Positions 1 through 13,385 of a stretch of DNA of 64,000 nucleotides are shown in pieces. Position 1 is the stretch's first letter. Each line of letters starts with the position of its first letter. Below the pieces are notes generated by a model. It saw only the letters and a program-made list of their open reading frames with translations, made no database searches and was not told the origin of the DNA. This DNA is from Cycas panzhihuaensis. Taxonomy: Eukaryota > Plantae > Cycadophyta. The translations under genes were made by a program, and so were the position numbers. The DNA lies in contig CM041465.1 of the NCBI GenBank assembly GCA_023213395.1, positions 232,941,741-233,005,740 on the forward strand, written 5' to 3'.

Positions 1-289
1 CATGAGTAATCTGGCCGAATAAAGGATTTTGATCATTGCATTGATATTACATTGATTCAGAGTTGTGTTTTATTTATTCATATAGCAGTGGTTATTACAT
101 TAGACTTGTGAAGTGTTCATATTAGTTCTTTCATTTAGCAATCCATTGGCCTGTTTTTAATTGGTTATTAGCTTGGTGAACCTTCAAACTTTGGGTGGTT
201 GAACAGATTATAGTTTGGGGGAATATAGCTTGTTGGAGTTTGGTTTAGGGTCCTATAATTGCTGTTCTTTTTTAAGTTACAAAAAAGTA

Positions 290-1994
290 GGTTCCAGTGG
301 TTACTTTTAATAGGAATAACTTCAATGAATGGAAGGCAAATATGGAACTGGTCCTCATGGTTAACCAGCTTTGGGCATCGCTAAATCTAAATCATTAAGT
401 GTTTCTTTAGATGAGAAGAAACATATTCGTGCTGAGGAAAAATAATTCTTGGCTGTTGGGTTGCTTAAGTTGCCTTTGGCCCCAGATCAGAGAGCTTTAG
501 TCCACGGCCTTCCAATGCCACACGAGATTTGGACCGAGCTGTGTGAGATGTTTGAAAAGAAAAAAACCAATCATCATGTTGCTCTTATGATGGAATTGTT
601 GAAATCTAAGGTAGAATATGGGAACAATATTAGTGCTTACTTGAATAAGATCACTGATTTGAGGAATAGGTTGGATGAATTGAAGTCAAACTCAATTGAT
701 GTTGCATTGCTTTTTGCCATTATTATGTCAATGTTGCCTATTGCATTTGGAAGCTTTCAAACTATCTATGCAGGGGATAAAGTTATGGAGGGTGAACTGT
801 TTGAGCCATTAAAAAACCTTATTCTAGCTAAGGATGCCAAGTTGAAGCATCATGGGATGCTTGTTGGTTCTAGTTCAAATCAGGGTTTGGTCATGAAGAC
901 AAAGAAAGGATGTTGTTTAGGAGGGTAAGTCTACACAGAAAACATGTGAGATCTCTCGGGAGAAGAAGTTTACTGGTAAGTGCAATTACTGCAAGAAAAA
1001 GGGTCAAAAAGAAAAGAATTATTGGTTTAAGAAGTGGGATATGCACAAGGCTAGCAAAGATGATAAGGGGAAGAGTGTAGTGGCACATTGTGTTATGGTA
1101 TCAACATTGTCATTTGAGTCGAATCAGAAAGACTATTGGATCCTAGGTTCTAGTGCGCAAAAGCACATCAGTTTTCAAAAGCAAAACTTTAATGCCTTGG
1201 ATGCATGTGCAAGTGATGCTAACGTGATTCTTGGAGATGCTCGTGTTTTGGTTGTAGAAGGTGATGGTTCTATTTCACTTGCAGGAGGTAAGTTCTATGG
1301 TGTTTAGTAGGTGTCTAAGATGAAATTTAATCTTTTTTCTACACTGGAAATCTGCAAACAAGGTATGGAAATTGAGCTTTAAAATAATAGATGCATAGTT
1401 AAGGATTCTAAAAAGAACTTCTCTATTGCTGCTACTAGGAGAGTGCAAGATAACTTTTGGGTGTTTAAGAAATTTAGAGTCCAACAGGATTCTTATGCTT
1501 TTATTGCTAGTGCTGATGATATAAGTAAGTTATGGCATGAGCGCTTGGGTCATCTTAACTATAAAAGCATAAACCTTATGAATATATTGAAGATGGTGGT
1601 AGGGTTGCCACATGTTCAATGTTTAGAATGTGTTTGTGAAGGATGTATGTATGGAAAGCACAATCATTATTTGTTTGTTAGGGATAATGCATGGAGAGCA
1701 AAGGAGAAGTTGGAACTTGTCCATACTGACTTGATGGGTTCTCTATGCAATCCTTCTATTTTTGGTGCTTGATTTGTCCTGGCATTTCTAGATGATTATA
1801 GCATAAAAGCCTGGGTATTCTTTTTGAAGAACAAGTTTGATGTGTTTGATCGATTTGGTGAATGGAAAGTTAGTGGTGAGAATGAGTGTGATAAGAAAAT
1901 ACAGATTTTGAGGAGCGATAATGGAAATGAGTATGACAATAATGGCTTTAATTAGTTCTGCCTTGATCATGGTATTAAACGAGAGTTAACTGTC
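290..1994 (+). pseudogene. Copia-1 gag-protease-integrase N-terminal part (degenerate)
   Basis: ORFs 449-928, 1041-1307 and 1443-1772 give gag, DYWILGSSAQKHI (protease-like) and KLELVHTDLMG (integrase). Confidence 0.9.
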
Positions 1995-2367
1995 TGTGTG
2001 CGGTAGGTAAGTTGCAACTCTTTTGTTTGTATTTGTAACAGTTGCAACTAACTCATAATCATAGTAAATATAAATACCACGATGTAAAGAATGTAAGGGG
2101 AGGGAGAATTTTTCTAGAAAGAGTCATGGTACTGTAATTGTTGCTGCACGGAATGAGGTTAGCTGCAATTCCGTGTTTGCTATAAGGTCCATCTCTATGT
2201 GTACTATTATGAGTCAGCTATAGTTGTGAGAGAACCAGAGCAACCCATCATAATGCAATGGTGATGGTTGTTGTGCTCCCATATATATGTTGTGTACTTG
2301 GTGAATGATTGCAATTAGTTGATTTCCTGTGCTTGTGTTTCTTATGAGAGTTTGGTTACGACACACA
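1995..2367 (+). repeat. 5' LTR of Gypsy element
   Basis: Near-identical to 10768-11117; TG...CA ends; contains two AGTTGCAACT palindromes. Confidence 0.92.
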
Positions 2368-2840
2368 TTGGTTATGTTGCCAAATTGAACCAAGAGAATG
2401 GGTGAGATCAACTAAAATCTTTTGCGAGTCCTCTTCTATGCCACCCAGAGTAGAAGTCGAAACGCGTTGTGATCGAGGGGAGCATTGGGAGAAAGAATCC
2501 AAGCGGGAGTATGCAAACCCAAATTTGTAGTTACACTAAAGAAGCAGGTGAAGAGGCGACTATCTGCACGTTTGATAGAAAGGGGAAAATCGAAAAATGA
2601 GGAAGGAGCAAAGGTTTAGAGTCTGGGTATAATAGAGACACAGGCAAAAGAGGAAAGTAACCAGAGGTATGCAAAAGAAGAGGATCCGGTAAAAGAGGCA
2701 CAAGGACTGAGTGCGGACGAAGATATTCAGCAGGATTTCGTTGAAGAAAATCTACAAAAATAGAAGCATCAATACAAGAAGAGAATTCCATTGAGTTGGG
2801 AATATATAGTGTGGCATAACAGGCTTGGAATCATCATTTA

Positions 2841-4250
2841 TTGGAAATCCAAACTCTAAGCCATATAATAAATCCCTTGTTCAAGTTGCCAATGTTGATC
2901 CCAGGGAGCAGCGTAGGAGGTGCAATAAGAGGAGGACAAAGTGGGATATTTGGTGGGGGAAATCCAGTAAATACAACTCCATACATTGTGGTGCAAAGTG
3001 ACTCGATGTTTTCGAGTCTCCAATTTGATGGCACTACAGATACTGGTGATCACTTGGCATTGTTTAAAAACATGATCCATATTAAAAGGATCATGGATCA
3101 AGGAGAAATCAAGGCTCGTTTTTTTTCAACATTGAGGGGCCCCGCAGTAACATGGTTTCAATATGTAGGAGGCTAGCAACTGAATTGGGACCAACTGCAG
3201 GATCAATTTCGTAATCGATTTCAGAAACTGGGGGATCCAATAGCTATTTTGCAAGCTTTGGAAGAAATTCGTCAGTATCCGAGGGAGTCTGTGAATGGTT
3301 TTGATGGAAGCATGTAAGTTATAATGAATAAGATGCAAGCGTCAACAACAATTAATCCAATGCTGGCAATGAAATATTTTGTACAAGGATTGATACCTCA
3401 ATTGAGAGATAAAGTAATGCTGCATCTAATGAATAGTATGAGCAACTGAGGGACTTAGCACTAAATTTTGAAAATCAGATGAAATCAACTTATTCCTAGA
3501 TGATGATACAACCCCCAACATATTTTTCTAGTACGTCAGCATAACCCACACCACAGATGGGTAGTAATCCAAAAATCGAGGCTTTGAAGAAGGAGGTAGA
3601 AGCATTCAAGCAACAACCTATAGTTTTTGTCCTGAGCAACATGCAACATATGCAGGAATTGGAAAAGCTCCGTACAGAGTTATCCTGATTACGACTGGAA
3701 AAATTGAGAGAGAATATTTGGTGCCCTCCACCGTGTAATCAATAAGGACACCTAAAAAATGAGCATGGAGGATCCATGAAATGGTGTGAGAATTGTGGAA
3801 GAAATAATCATAATACATGGGAATGTTATGTCCGACCAAAAAATAATGAAGGTGAGATACATAATGTTTATTCACAAAAGACGAAGAAGGGAGTCGTAAA
3901 GCAATATAAGGGCAGGACAAGACCTGTTCATTGTTTCTTATGCTAGAGATGGGAACATTTCAGATTAGAATGTCCATTACAAAAGAAAGGAGGAGAATAT
4001 ATCTGCGAAGAATGTGGACCAGCAGATCATGAATGGTCTAATTGCCCTAAGAATAATAAGATACAAAACACCAATTTGGTGGATGTGATTTTGGATCAAG
4101 AGAAGCCAACTTACCTATAGACATGTAGCAGCAAATCAACTGGACCCCCTCTTGTTCAAGATAATGTTACAGATCCAATCATAGAAAAGCAACACTTACA
4201 AGAGGCGGTAAAATACTTCAAGAAGCAATGGGAGAAACTCAAGAGGAAAG
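2841..4250 (+). pseudogene. Gypsy gag with three CCHC-type zinc-knuckle-like motifs (degenerate)
   Basis: Gag motif FDGTTDTGDHL...FFSTLRGPAVTWF. Knuckles WCENCGRNNHNTWEC (~3782), CFLC*RWEHFRLECP (~3932) and CEECGPADHEWSNCP (~4004). Confidence 0.8.
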
Positions 4251-4393
4251 GCAACAAGAAGATTTAAAGGCGTGCACTACAAAAGGAGGACAAGACAATC
4301 ACCATAAGGTATGAATCCTTGCCAGAGGTTACAAACTATAAAGGATATACTTACTGAATTAGGAGTATCAATTCCTATATCAATTGTCTTTAA

Positions 4394-5026
4394 GTGGTAG
4401 GAAGCAGGGTATTTCCACAATTAGTTTTAGATCAAATTGAGAAACCAATCCTTAGAACTATAAAAGATATGGGAATAGACCCTAGGGTTCCAATGATGAT
4501 GTTTGGAACCACCATATGTAGAGCTATTGTAGATGGGGGCTCAGGGGTAAATGTATTGCCCAAATCTTCATGGATAGCATTGGGAAGGCCCAATGTTGTT
4601 GCTCCAAATTATTTGATTAGATTAGCTAATCAATTACAAGTTAGGCCCATGGGAATGTTGTTGAATGTTCCAGTAACCATGGCAAAAGTAACTGTACTAT
4701 TGGATTTTGTAGTAGTTCGTATGCAGGACCAAAAGAGGACATATCCAACCCTATTAGGAAGACCATGGTTACTAGCCACAAAAGCAATCCAGGATTGGGG
4801 GAAACATACATTTACACTGCCAGTGGGAGAAAAAAAAAAAACCTTCCCATTATGTTCAGATGGGCCAAAGATAGAAAAGATCGAAGGCAAAGGAAGAGCT
4901 TCATCTACAATAGCGACGCCAAAATCCACAAGAAGTTCTTGTTCTGAAATTGCGTTTCAGATGCAACCAAGACTGCCAAGTAGTCCATCATCTTCGTATA
5001 TATTAAATTGGTTGTATAATGCTTGA
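4394..5026 (+). pseudogene. Gypsy aspartic protease region
   Basis: AIVDGGSGVNVL catalytic motif and LLGRPWL motif. Confidence 0.88.
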
Positions 5027-5559
5027 GAAGAAATAGAACTAGTTGTGTGTTATCACATGGAATGTTGCATGGACTATTTAGAAGAAAAGAATGAGGAGTC
5101 ATCTCAGTTGGAAATGGTCCAAGAAAAATCTATCTTTATAGCTGAATATAATGATGCTTTGTAATTATGTAATAAAATTTTAAAGAATAAAAGGTAGCAA
5201 CAAATTTTGTACTTGGTGTCCTCTTGTTCGCGAGCTCGAATTGGGTATGGAATGCATTTACAAAATTTTAATTTTTGGTCTCAAATAAGTAAAAATCTTC
5301 TTTTAAGGTTTTATAAAAATTTTCAGAAGCGGGTGGGGTAGATTGAAGGAATAAAACAAATCATTCAAAAGCAAGGAACATATTGTTTGCAGATAGAAAA
5401 AGAAAATCTGCAAACCGGTCCCATATTGGAGCAGAGCATCGATAGCACGACAACCTATACGTTAGGCCCAGATGGCAAAATGGTGATAGGGGAAAAGTTA
5501 AAAACACAGGAAATTAATATCAGATAGAGGAACTGCCACGAATGATTACTTCGAGTGAT

Positions 5560-8270
5560 TATTAGAAGGAAGAAATGGTGTAACAAGCAACTTCATTATT
5601 CTTAGAATATAAGCATGTGTTCGCCTGGTCTTATAAAGACCTAAAAGGTATCCCACCGGAGTTGGGAGAACACAAAATAGAGTTGATGGAAGGAGCAAAA
5701 CCGGTAAGGCAAAGGTCGTATCCCTGAATCCTAAGTATAAAGAATGAGTTAAGGCTAACTTAGATAAATTGTTGGAGGCAGACTACATTTTTGAAGTTGA
5801 GAATAGTGAATGGGTAAGCCCCGTAGTGGTAGTCCCCAAAAAAAAAGGGAAATTGAGAGTGTGTCAGTTACAGAGCTTTGAATAAAGCCACCAAGAAAGA
5901 TCTGTTTTCAATTCCTTTTATAGAGAATATTTTAGAAAAGTTAGCAAGACATGAGATATACTCGTTTACTGATGGATTTAGCGGATACAATGAGGTCCAA
6001 ATTGCACTAGAGGATCGATTAAAAACAACCTTTGTCACGGAGTGGGGTACGTATGCATTCCGGGTAATGCCCTTCGGACTTACAAATGCCCCTAAATATT
6101 TCAGAGAGTCATTCTTAATGTTTTTAAACAAACAATTGGAAAAATAATTGAAGTGTTTTTAGATGACTGGACATTGTTCACCCTATTAAAGAATCACCTT
6201 GGGTGCTTAGGTCGATGTTGGAAACCTGTAAGAAGAATAATCTTTGTCTAAATCCTGCAAAATGCACTTTTATGGTGTCGTTTGGAGCCTTGCTGGGGCA
6301 TGCGGTGACGAAAGAAGGATTACTAACAGATTCAAACAAGGTAGCAGTGATTTTAAACTTTCTGTTGCCAAAATCCCAGAGGCAAGTGAAAGCATTCCTA
6401 GGGATGACAATGTACTATCAGAAATTTATAAAAAACTACGCTCAGATAGTAAACCTGTTGGAAATTCTATTGAAAAAGAAGATGGAATCACAGTGGCATC
6501 TTCAGCAACCACTGGTATTTGAATTGTTGAAGAAGAAGATAGCCCAAGCACCAATTCTGAGATTTTCGGATTGGAAAAAGCCTTTTCATGTACATGTAGA
6601 CGCTTCCCTATTTGTAATTGGGTGTGTGTTAACACAGCCAGAAGATGACAAAATTGATTTGCCAATTTATTTTGCAAGCAAAAAATTAACAGATGTTGAA
6701 AAGAATTATTTAGTAACCGAACGAGAAGGATTGGGTATGGTATATGCTCTTCAGAAGTTTAGGCACTATTTGCTAGCTAATCTATTTGTCTTCTTTGTTG
6801 ATCACCAGGTGCTCCAATATTTAATTAATAAGGCCATTGTTTAGGGAAGAATCAGTATGTGGCTTATGTTCTTCTAGGAATTTAATTTTAAGATTATTGT
6901 AAAAAAGTAGCCAAGCATACAGTCTCGGACGTACTATCGAGGGAAGTGAACGGGGAACCAACAACATGTATCTAGGACGATTTTTCAGATGCAGAATTAT
7001 TTGCCATTCAAGCAGTACCTGAATGGTATGAGGAGATCGCACGATTTCTATCAACAGGATAAACATTGGTGGGGATGGAACACATTGAACAACAAAGCTT
7101 CATCAAAAAAATTTTTCCTTTCCAACTGATCTAAGGGATGCTGTTTAGAATGGGACCTGATCAAATTTTAAGAAGACGTGTAATGGGACATGAAGTAGAA
7201 GTTGTCATCAGAGAAGCCCATGGAGGAGTCGTAGCAGAATATCAAGGTGCAAAATCAACAAGCAGAAAAATCTTATTAGCAGGTCTATGGTGGCCTACAA
7301 TCTTTGAGGATGTACAAAAATGAGTGTGGAGTTGCGATGTATGTCAATAGGTAGGAAAGCCAACAAAAAGTCATTTAATGCCTTTATGTCCTATATTGGC
7401 TTAAGCCCCATTTGAGAAATGGGGACTGGACTTTATTGGATCGATTTTCCCACCAGCTCGATGCACAAATGCGAGATACATCTTGGTCGCTACTAATTTT
7501 TTAATAAAATGGACAGAAGCTAAATGAAAACGTGCGATGCACAAAGTACAACCAAGTTTCTATACGAAATGATAATCATTCGATTCGGTTGTCCATTAGA
7601 GATTGTCTTGGATCAAGGTAACAACTTTCTTAAGGAAACGATAAAGCAAATGACACAGGAATTTTTGATTCAACATTCCAAGTCTTCTCCATATTACCCA
7701 TGAGCAAATGGACAGATAGAAAGTACAAATAAGATTATGAAGTTGGCATTATCTAAAATTCGCAATCAAGGACGTACAGATTGGGAAGAACGACTCTATT
7801 CAGTTTTATGGGCTGACAAGACAATGGTGAAGTGACCATATAAGCAAACTTCGTTCCAGTTAGTCTATGGCCTGGAAGTTGTACTTCCTCTAGAATTTTA
7901 GATGGAAAGCTTACAAGTGGCATTAGAATTACACCTATCAGAGAATGTTTCACAGGATCAATGGTATGTCGGTTTGATGAAGTTGGACGAAAAACAGGCA
8001 AGAACTTGGTGGAAATTGAAAGCAGAAAAGATGAGAAGAAAGGCATGACATGATCAACACCTCAAAGTTCCACAATTTCAGGAAGAAGGAGATCTTGTTT
8101 TTGCTTTATGACAACAAATTTTTAGTCAACTCGAGAAATTGAAGTTGAGATGGCTTGGTCCATACAGGGTAAACCATATTTGGTCGAATGGAGTAGTGCG
8201 ACTCCAACAACTTGATGGAACACTGTTTGAAAAACTAGTCAATGGAAGTCGACTGAAAAGTTAGATAACG
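5560..8270 (+). pseudogene. Gypsy RT-RNase H-integrase (degenerate)
   Basis: DGFSGYNEV, MPFGLTNAP, FLDDW, HVHVDAS, EREGLGMVYAL, HGG...GLWWPT and a GPY motif near 8155. Confidence 0.92.
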
Positions 8271-8421
8271 AAATAATTTAAACAAAAAAAAAAGGAGCAC
8301 AAGAACCATAGGAATAGAATTTCCTTATGACCTTAATCATGGAAGAAGACGGTTGCAAGAGAAGAGAAAAAGGCGTAACCTCAAAACTAGAAAATTGGGT
8401 TGCAATTTCAAAGTAAAAAGA

Positions 8422-9460
8422 AAAATTGCAACTTGGGAAGCAAAGTTGCAACTTGGATGTAAAGTTGCAACTCAGAAGTAAAGTTGCAACTTGGAAGCAA
8501 AGTTGCAACGCGGACGCAAAGTTGCAACTCGGATGCAAAGTTGCAACTTGGAAGCAAAGTTGAAACTTGGACGTGGAGTTGCAACTCGGAAGTAAAGTTG
8601 CGACCTAGACGCAAAGTTGCAATTCAGATGCAAAGTTGCAATCTAGAAGCAAAATTGCAATTTGGAAGCAAAGTTGTAACTCAGAAGCAAAGTTGCAACC
8701 TGGATGCAAATTTGCAACTAAGATGCAAAGTTGCAACTCAGAAGCAAAGTTGCAACTTGGACGTAAAGTTGCAACCTGTACGCAAAGTTGCAATTCAGAC
8801 ACAAAGTTGCAACCGGGATGTAACTTGGAAGTAAAGTTGCAACCTGGACGTAATGTTGCAACTCGGATGCAAAGTTGCAACCTAGATGCAAAGTTGCAAC
8901 TTGGAAGTGAAGTTGCAACTCGGACACAAAGTTGCAACCGGGAAGCAAAGTTGTAACCTGGACGCAAAATTGCAACTCGAACGCAAAGTTGCAACTTGGA
9001 AGCAAAGTTGCAACTCAGATGTAAAGTTGCAACTTGGACGCGATGTTGCAACTTGGAAGCAAAATTGCAACGTAGACGCAAAGTTATAACTCAGAAGTAA
9101 AATTCGAAAGCAAGGTTGTAACTCAGATGCAAAGTTGCAACCTGGATGCAAAGTCGCAACTCGGAAGCAAAGTTGCAACCTAGATATAAAGTTGCAACTC
9201 AAAAGCAAAGTTGTAACCTGGACGTAAAGTTGCAATCCGAACGCAAAGTCACAACCTGGACATAAAGTTGCCACTTGGATGCAGAATTGCAACTCGGAGG
9301 CTAAATTGCAACTGGGAAGCGAAGTTGTAACCCGGATATAAAACTGCAACATGGATACAAAAGTCGCAATTCAGATGCAAATTGGTAACAAAGAGGTAAA
9401 GTAGCAACCCGTACAAAAAGTAGTAATTTTGCAAATTGGAAGCAAAATTGCAACTTGAGA
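8422..9460. repeat. 19-bp tandem minisatellite, about 50 units, consensus approximately AAAGTTGCAACYCGGAHGC
   Basis: Regular 19-bp spacing of AAAGTTGCAAC, whose core AGTTGCAACT is a palindrome. Decayed copies continue to about 9650. Confidence 0.95.
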
Positions 9461-10072
9461 ATGGAATGGTGAATGAGAAGCAGAGTTGTGATTTGGACAA
9501 GTAAAACAGTAAATTAAAGGTAGAATTGCGATTTGGAGGAAGGATTGCAACATAACGAAAAATCAAGGACGCAAGTTGGATGTGAATCAACGTAAATTGG
9601 AGATGAAATTGCCATTTGAACATAAGGAAAAGAAAGTTGCAATTCAGATACGAGCAGGATAGGTTGCGATAACAGGACGCGAAGTTGGAATTAGTACCAT
9701 TCGGTAGAAATTGGAAAGGAATCGAGGAAGGGAGATCGTGAGGAAGGTATTGAAATTAAATCAAGAAGCCGAAAGGAAAGTTATTAATGGTGGTCGTGAC
9801 GAAGCGACAGAAAAGCGATGACAATTGCGAGTCACACGTACCAAATTAAGTGGAGCGTGACGAGAATGATAAGTGGTCTACATGCATTGGACGAACGAGA
9901 TGGAGGTACATTGGGAGTTGCAACGGAGTAATTGCAAGCATGAATATAGTCATGATGGTTTTGCATGGCATGGTGGGAAATAAATAATGGAATCGAAGGC
10001 GGACTATCAAGGATTTTGAAGACGAATTAGGGGGATTGGAAGACAAAGGGAATTTTGAGAAAATCGAAGAAT

Positions 10073-10640
10073 ATGGCGCAGATGCAGATCAATTTACATG
10101 AAGGTGACGATGAAAAGATCAGGCATAAATGGTGGCACATGCCAGATGATGATCAAAGAAAGGTAATCTTGACAAAGGTTGGGTTCGCCCAGTTTGTGCA
10201 GATTGGGTTATACCCATTTGCAACGAACTTCTTCACATACATGATTCAGCTCGTAGCTCAACAACTGGATATTTTGGATGTATCAACAAAAGCGATTGCG
10301 GAGCATCTGGTACCAGCCTTCGGCACCCAATTCGATGAACAGGTTCCACCAGGTTTGGAGAAGGTGATTTGAAAGTTTTGGTGCCTGGATAATGCTCACA
10401 CAGGAAAATGTAGAATACGCAAATCATTTCTGGTCAATGATTAAGTCCATGCGATAGGATCTGTTCTCCATGAAAACGAGGAAATGTGAGCTGGAAGAGG
10501 AGATTGAACAATTGCATTCCACAGAAAAACCAATAATGGCTCAATTGTAGGCGTTGCGCAATGTAGTGATTCTGTACGACCATTGTAAGAAATAGGAAAT
10601 AAATCCACCTTGTACGATGTACAGACCTGATCTAGAGTGA
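10073..10640 (+). pseudogene. Extra 3' ORF of the Gypsy element (about 190 aa if reconstructed), function unknown
   Basis: ATG at 10073 lies in ORF 10055-10372. After one frameshift it continues FESFGAWIMLTQENVEYANHFWSMIKSMR*DLFSMKTRKCELEEEIEQL..., which is coiled-coil-like, to TGA at about 10640, just before the PPT. Confidence 0.55.
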
Positions 10641-10767
10641 AACCGAGTTGAAATGGAAAAGATCAAGAGGGACAGAGAGAATTGAATTGTCATGTTTTCT
10701 TTCTTTCTTTCAGTTTGAATTTTGAGCTTACAAGTAGGAATACTTGTAAGTTTTGTGAAGGAAGAGA

Positions 10768-11117
10768 TGTGTGCAGTAGTTAAATTGCAACTCTTTTGTT
10801 TGTATTTGTAACAGTTGCAACTAATTCAGAATCATAGTGAATATAAATACCATGATGTAAAGAATGTAAGGGGAGGGAGAATTTTTCTGGAAAGAGTCAT
10901 GGTACTCCAGTAGTCGCCGCATGGAATGAGGTTAGGCACAATTCCGTGTTTGCTGTAAGGTCCATCTCTGTGTGTACTGTTCTAGGTTAGCTCTGGTTGT
11001 GAGAGAACTAGAGTGACCCATCATAATGCAATGATGATGGTTCTTGTGCTCGCATATGATTGTAATTAGTTGATTTCATGTGCTTGTTTCCTTATGAGAG
11101 TTCGGTTATGACACACA
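10768..11117 (+). repeat. 3' LTR of Gypsy element
   Basis: Direct repeat of 1995-2367, preceded by a PPT. Confidence 0.92.
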
Positions 11118-11122
11118 TAGTC

Positions 11123-13310
11123 CCATACACCCCACAACAAAATGGTGTTAGAGAGAGGAAGAACCATACCATGATGGAGATAGTGAGGTGTATTGTGCAT
11201 GGCAAGAATCTACCTCCTATGTTTTGGGTAGAAGCTATTGTGACAACTGTTTATATTCTGAATATGATACCTACTAAAGCTATTTGTGGCATTACCCTCA
11301 AAAAATGTTGGATTGGTAAAAAACCTTCCATTAATTATTCCAAGGTATTTGGATGCTTTGCATATGCACACATCCCTGACACACATTGAAAGATGTTGGA
11401 CCATAAGAGTTTGTAGTGCATTTTTATGGGGTACTCGCAAGAGAATAAGGCTTTTAGACTTTGGTATCCACATGGGAGGAAACTTTTGGTTAGTCGGGAT
11501 GTTAAGTTTGATGAGTTAGTGATGTATCGTTCTGAGAGGTCATCTGAAGATAGATTTTATCCTCCAGTTCTTCCTTTTCTGAGTCATGTTTTAACAAGTG
11601 TAAAGGTTAATGAGCCTAACATTGTGTGAGAAACAGAAGTAAGACCCAGTGGGAGTAATGATGAGTCGTCATTGCAAGTAGAAGCACAAACAATACCCCA
11701 TGTTCCATTATGAGCTAGGAGGACCATTAAGGAATCTAGTGTGATGGTTGAAGATCTTGAAGATGGTCGGAGAACAAGGAGTTAGCATGCCAGTCAAACT
11801 TTGGTGGTGGACACCCACGATTTCAACTCCCATTTCGTATGAGGAAGCGAAAGAAGATCCATAATGGAGAGTTACAATGGAAGAGGAGTATAATTCGATC
11901 ATGAAGAATGATAGATGGGATTTGGTTCCCTTAACACCCTCTGAGAAATTGGTCGGCTACAAGTGGGTCTACAGATGAAGTATCGCTCCAATGGAGAGGT
12001 AAATAAGTATAAGGCTAGACTTGTTGCATGGGGTTTCAAATAGAAAGAAGGAATCAATTATGATGAGACATTTGCACCAGTCTCTAAGATGTCAACGGTC
12101 TGATTGATCCTTGCTTTGGCAACTACATTTGGTTGGGAGTTACATCAAATGGATGTGAATTCAACATTTCTTAACGGAGACTTGAAAGAGGAGATCTACA
12201 TGGCTCAGCCTCTTGGCTTGATGAAGAAAGGTCGGGAGCATTTACTGTGCTGCTTGAAGAAATCTCTCTATGGCCTAAAGCAAGCATCACCTGCTTGGTA
12301 TGATAAGATTAATGCTAGATTGAAGGAAGATGGTTTTGTGACGACAGAATTAGAGCCAAGTCTTTATATTTGAAAGAGTGGATCTACAATAGTTGTTGTT
12401 GTGTTATATTTTGATGACCTTAATGCTACATGCAATTGTAATAAGATTATTATAATTGTAAAGGCCTATTTGGAACATACTTTCTATATGATATATCTCA
12501 TATGGCATCATTACTTCTTGGGCATTGAGATTACGCAGATTGATGATTGCATCATGATGTTGCAATCAAGGTATGCTTAAACCCTACTTGAGAGATTCAG
12601 TATGAAGGATTGCAAATTAGTGGAGATACCATATGTAAAGGTCATAAAGCCTCTGAAGGATATGAACAAGTCAGTTATAGATGGGATTTTATATCGGCAA
12701 TTGGCAAAGGGGTTTGATTTACTTAACTCATACTAGGCCTGATATTGCTTATGTTGTTGGATTGGTATCTCATTACATGCAGAATCCGCCAGAACCTCAT
12801 TGGGCTGCTGCAAAGAAGATTCTGAAGTATGTTAAAGGTACACGCAATCTTGGCCTTGAATATCTTCGTGGTGGAGAGGCAAACTTGCATGGGTATACTG
12901 ATGCAGATTGGGGTGGAGATGCAGAAGATAAGAAATCTACTGTAGGATTCATTTTTGGTATTGGTAATGGATTTGTATCATGCATTTCAAAAAGTAATCC
13001 ACCGTTGCATTATCTTTTACAGAGGTTGAGTGCTAAAAACTAAATGTCAGTGTGAGGGAGATTCTTGGAACATCATCTAGCACACTTGTTATACATATTG
13101 ATAATCAGAATATTATTAGACTTCCAAAGAATCTAGAATTTCACGCAAGCACGAAGCACATCGAGATTCAACACCATTACATCTGTGAGTAGATTAGATC
13201 AGGGAAGTTGCAGACTGAGTTTTGTCTAAGTGAGGAACAACTTGTAGATGTCTTCACCAAAGCTCTTACTGAAGACAGCTTCATTAAGATTCGTCCATAT
13301 TTAGGATCTA
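11123..13310 (+). pseudogene. Copia-1 integrase C-terminal part, RT and RNase H (degenerate)
   Basis: PYTPQQNGVRERKNHT, FGCFAYAHIP, HQMDVNSTFLNG, TRPDIAYVVG, GYTDADWGGD, HASTKHIEIQHHYI. Confidence 0.92.
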
Positions 13311-13385
13311 TCAACAAGGATAAAAGCAACAGTTAGAGCAACCCCTGGGAAGACTTCAAGACCTCACATTTACACTAAAGTTAGA

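Larger units (their letters stand above)
1995..11117 (+). mobile_element. Ty3/Gypsy LTR retrotransposon, non-chromovirus type, full length but decayed
   Basis: Direct LTRs at 1995-2367 and 10768-11117 (TGTGTG...CACACA). PPT GAAGGAAGAGA precedes the 3' LTR. Order is gag-PR-RT-RH-INT. TSD is imperfect (CTGTC/TAGTC). PBS is non-Met and degenerate (TGGTTATGTTGCC). Confidence 0.93.

Noticed and set aside
8422-9460. CRISPR-like appearance (conserved palindromic repeat with variable intervening bases)
   Set aside because: The variable part is only ~8 bp and consists of point variants of one consensus, not unique spacers. There are no cas genes, and the context is a plant retrotransposon.
8278-9623. 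Many overlapping ORFs with SCNF/KVAT/LQL repeats
   Set aside because: These are translation artefacts of the 19-bp repeat, open in several frames on both strands.
10055-10372. Calling the extra ORF an envelope (env) gene
   Set aside because: The position fits, but it is short, with no clear signal peptide or convincing transmembrane segment, so it is left as unknown.
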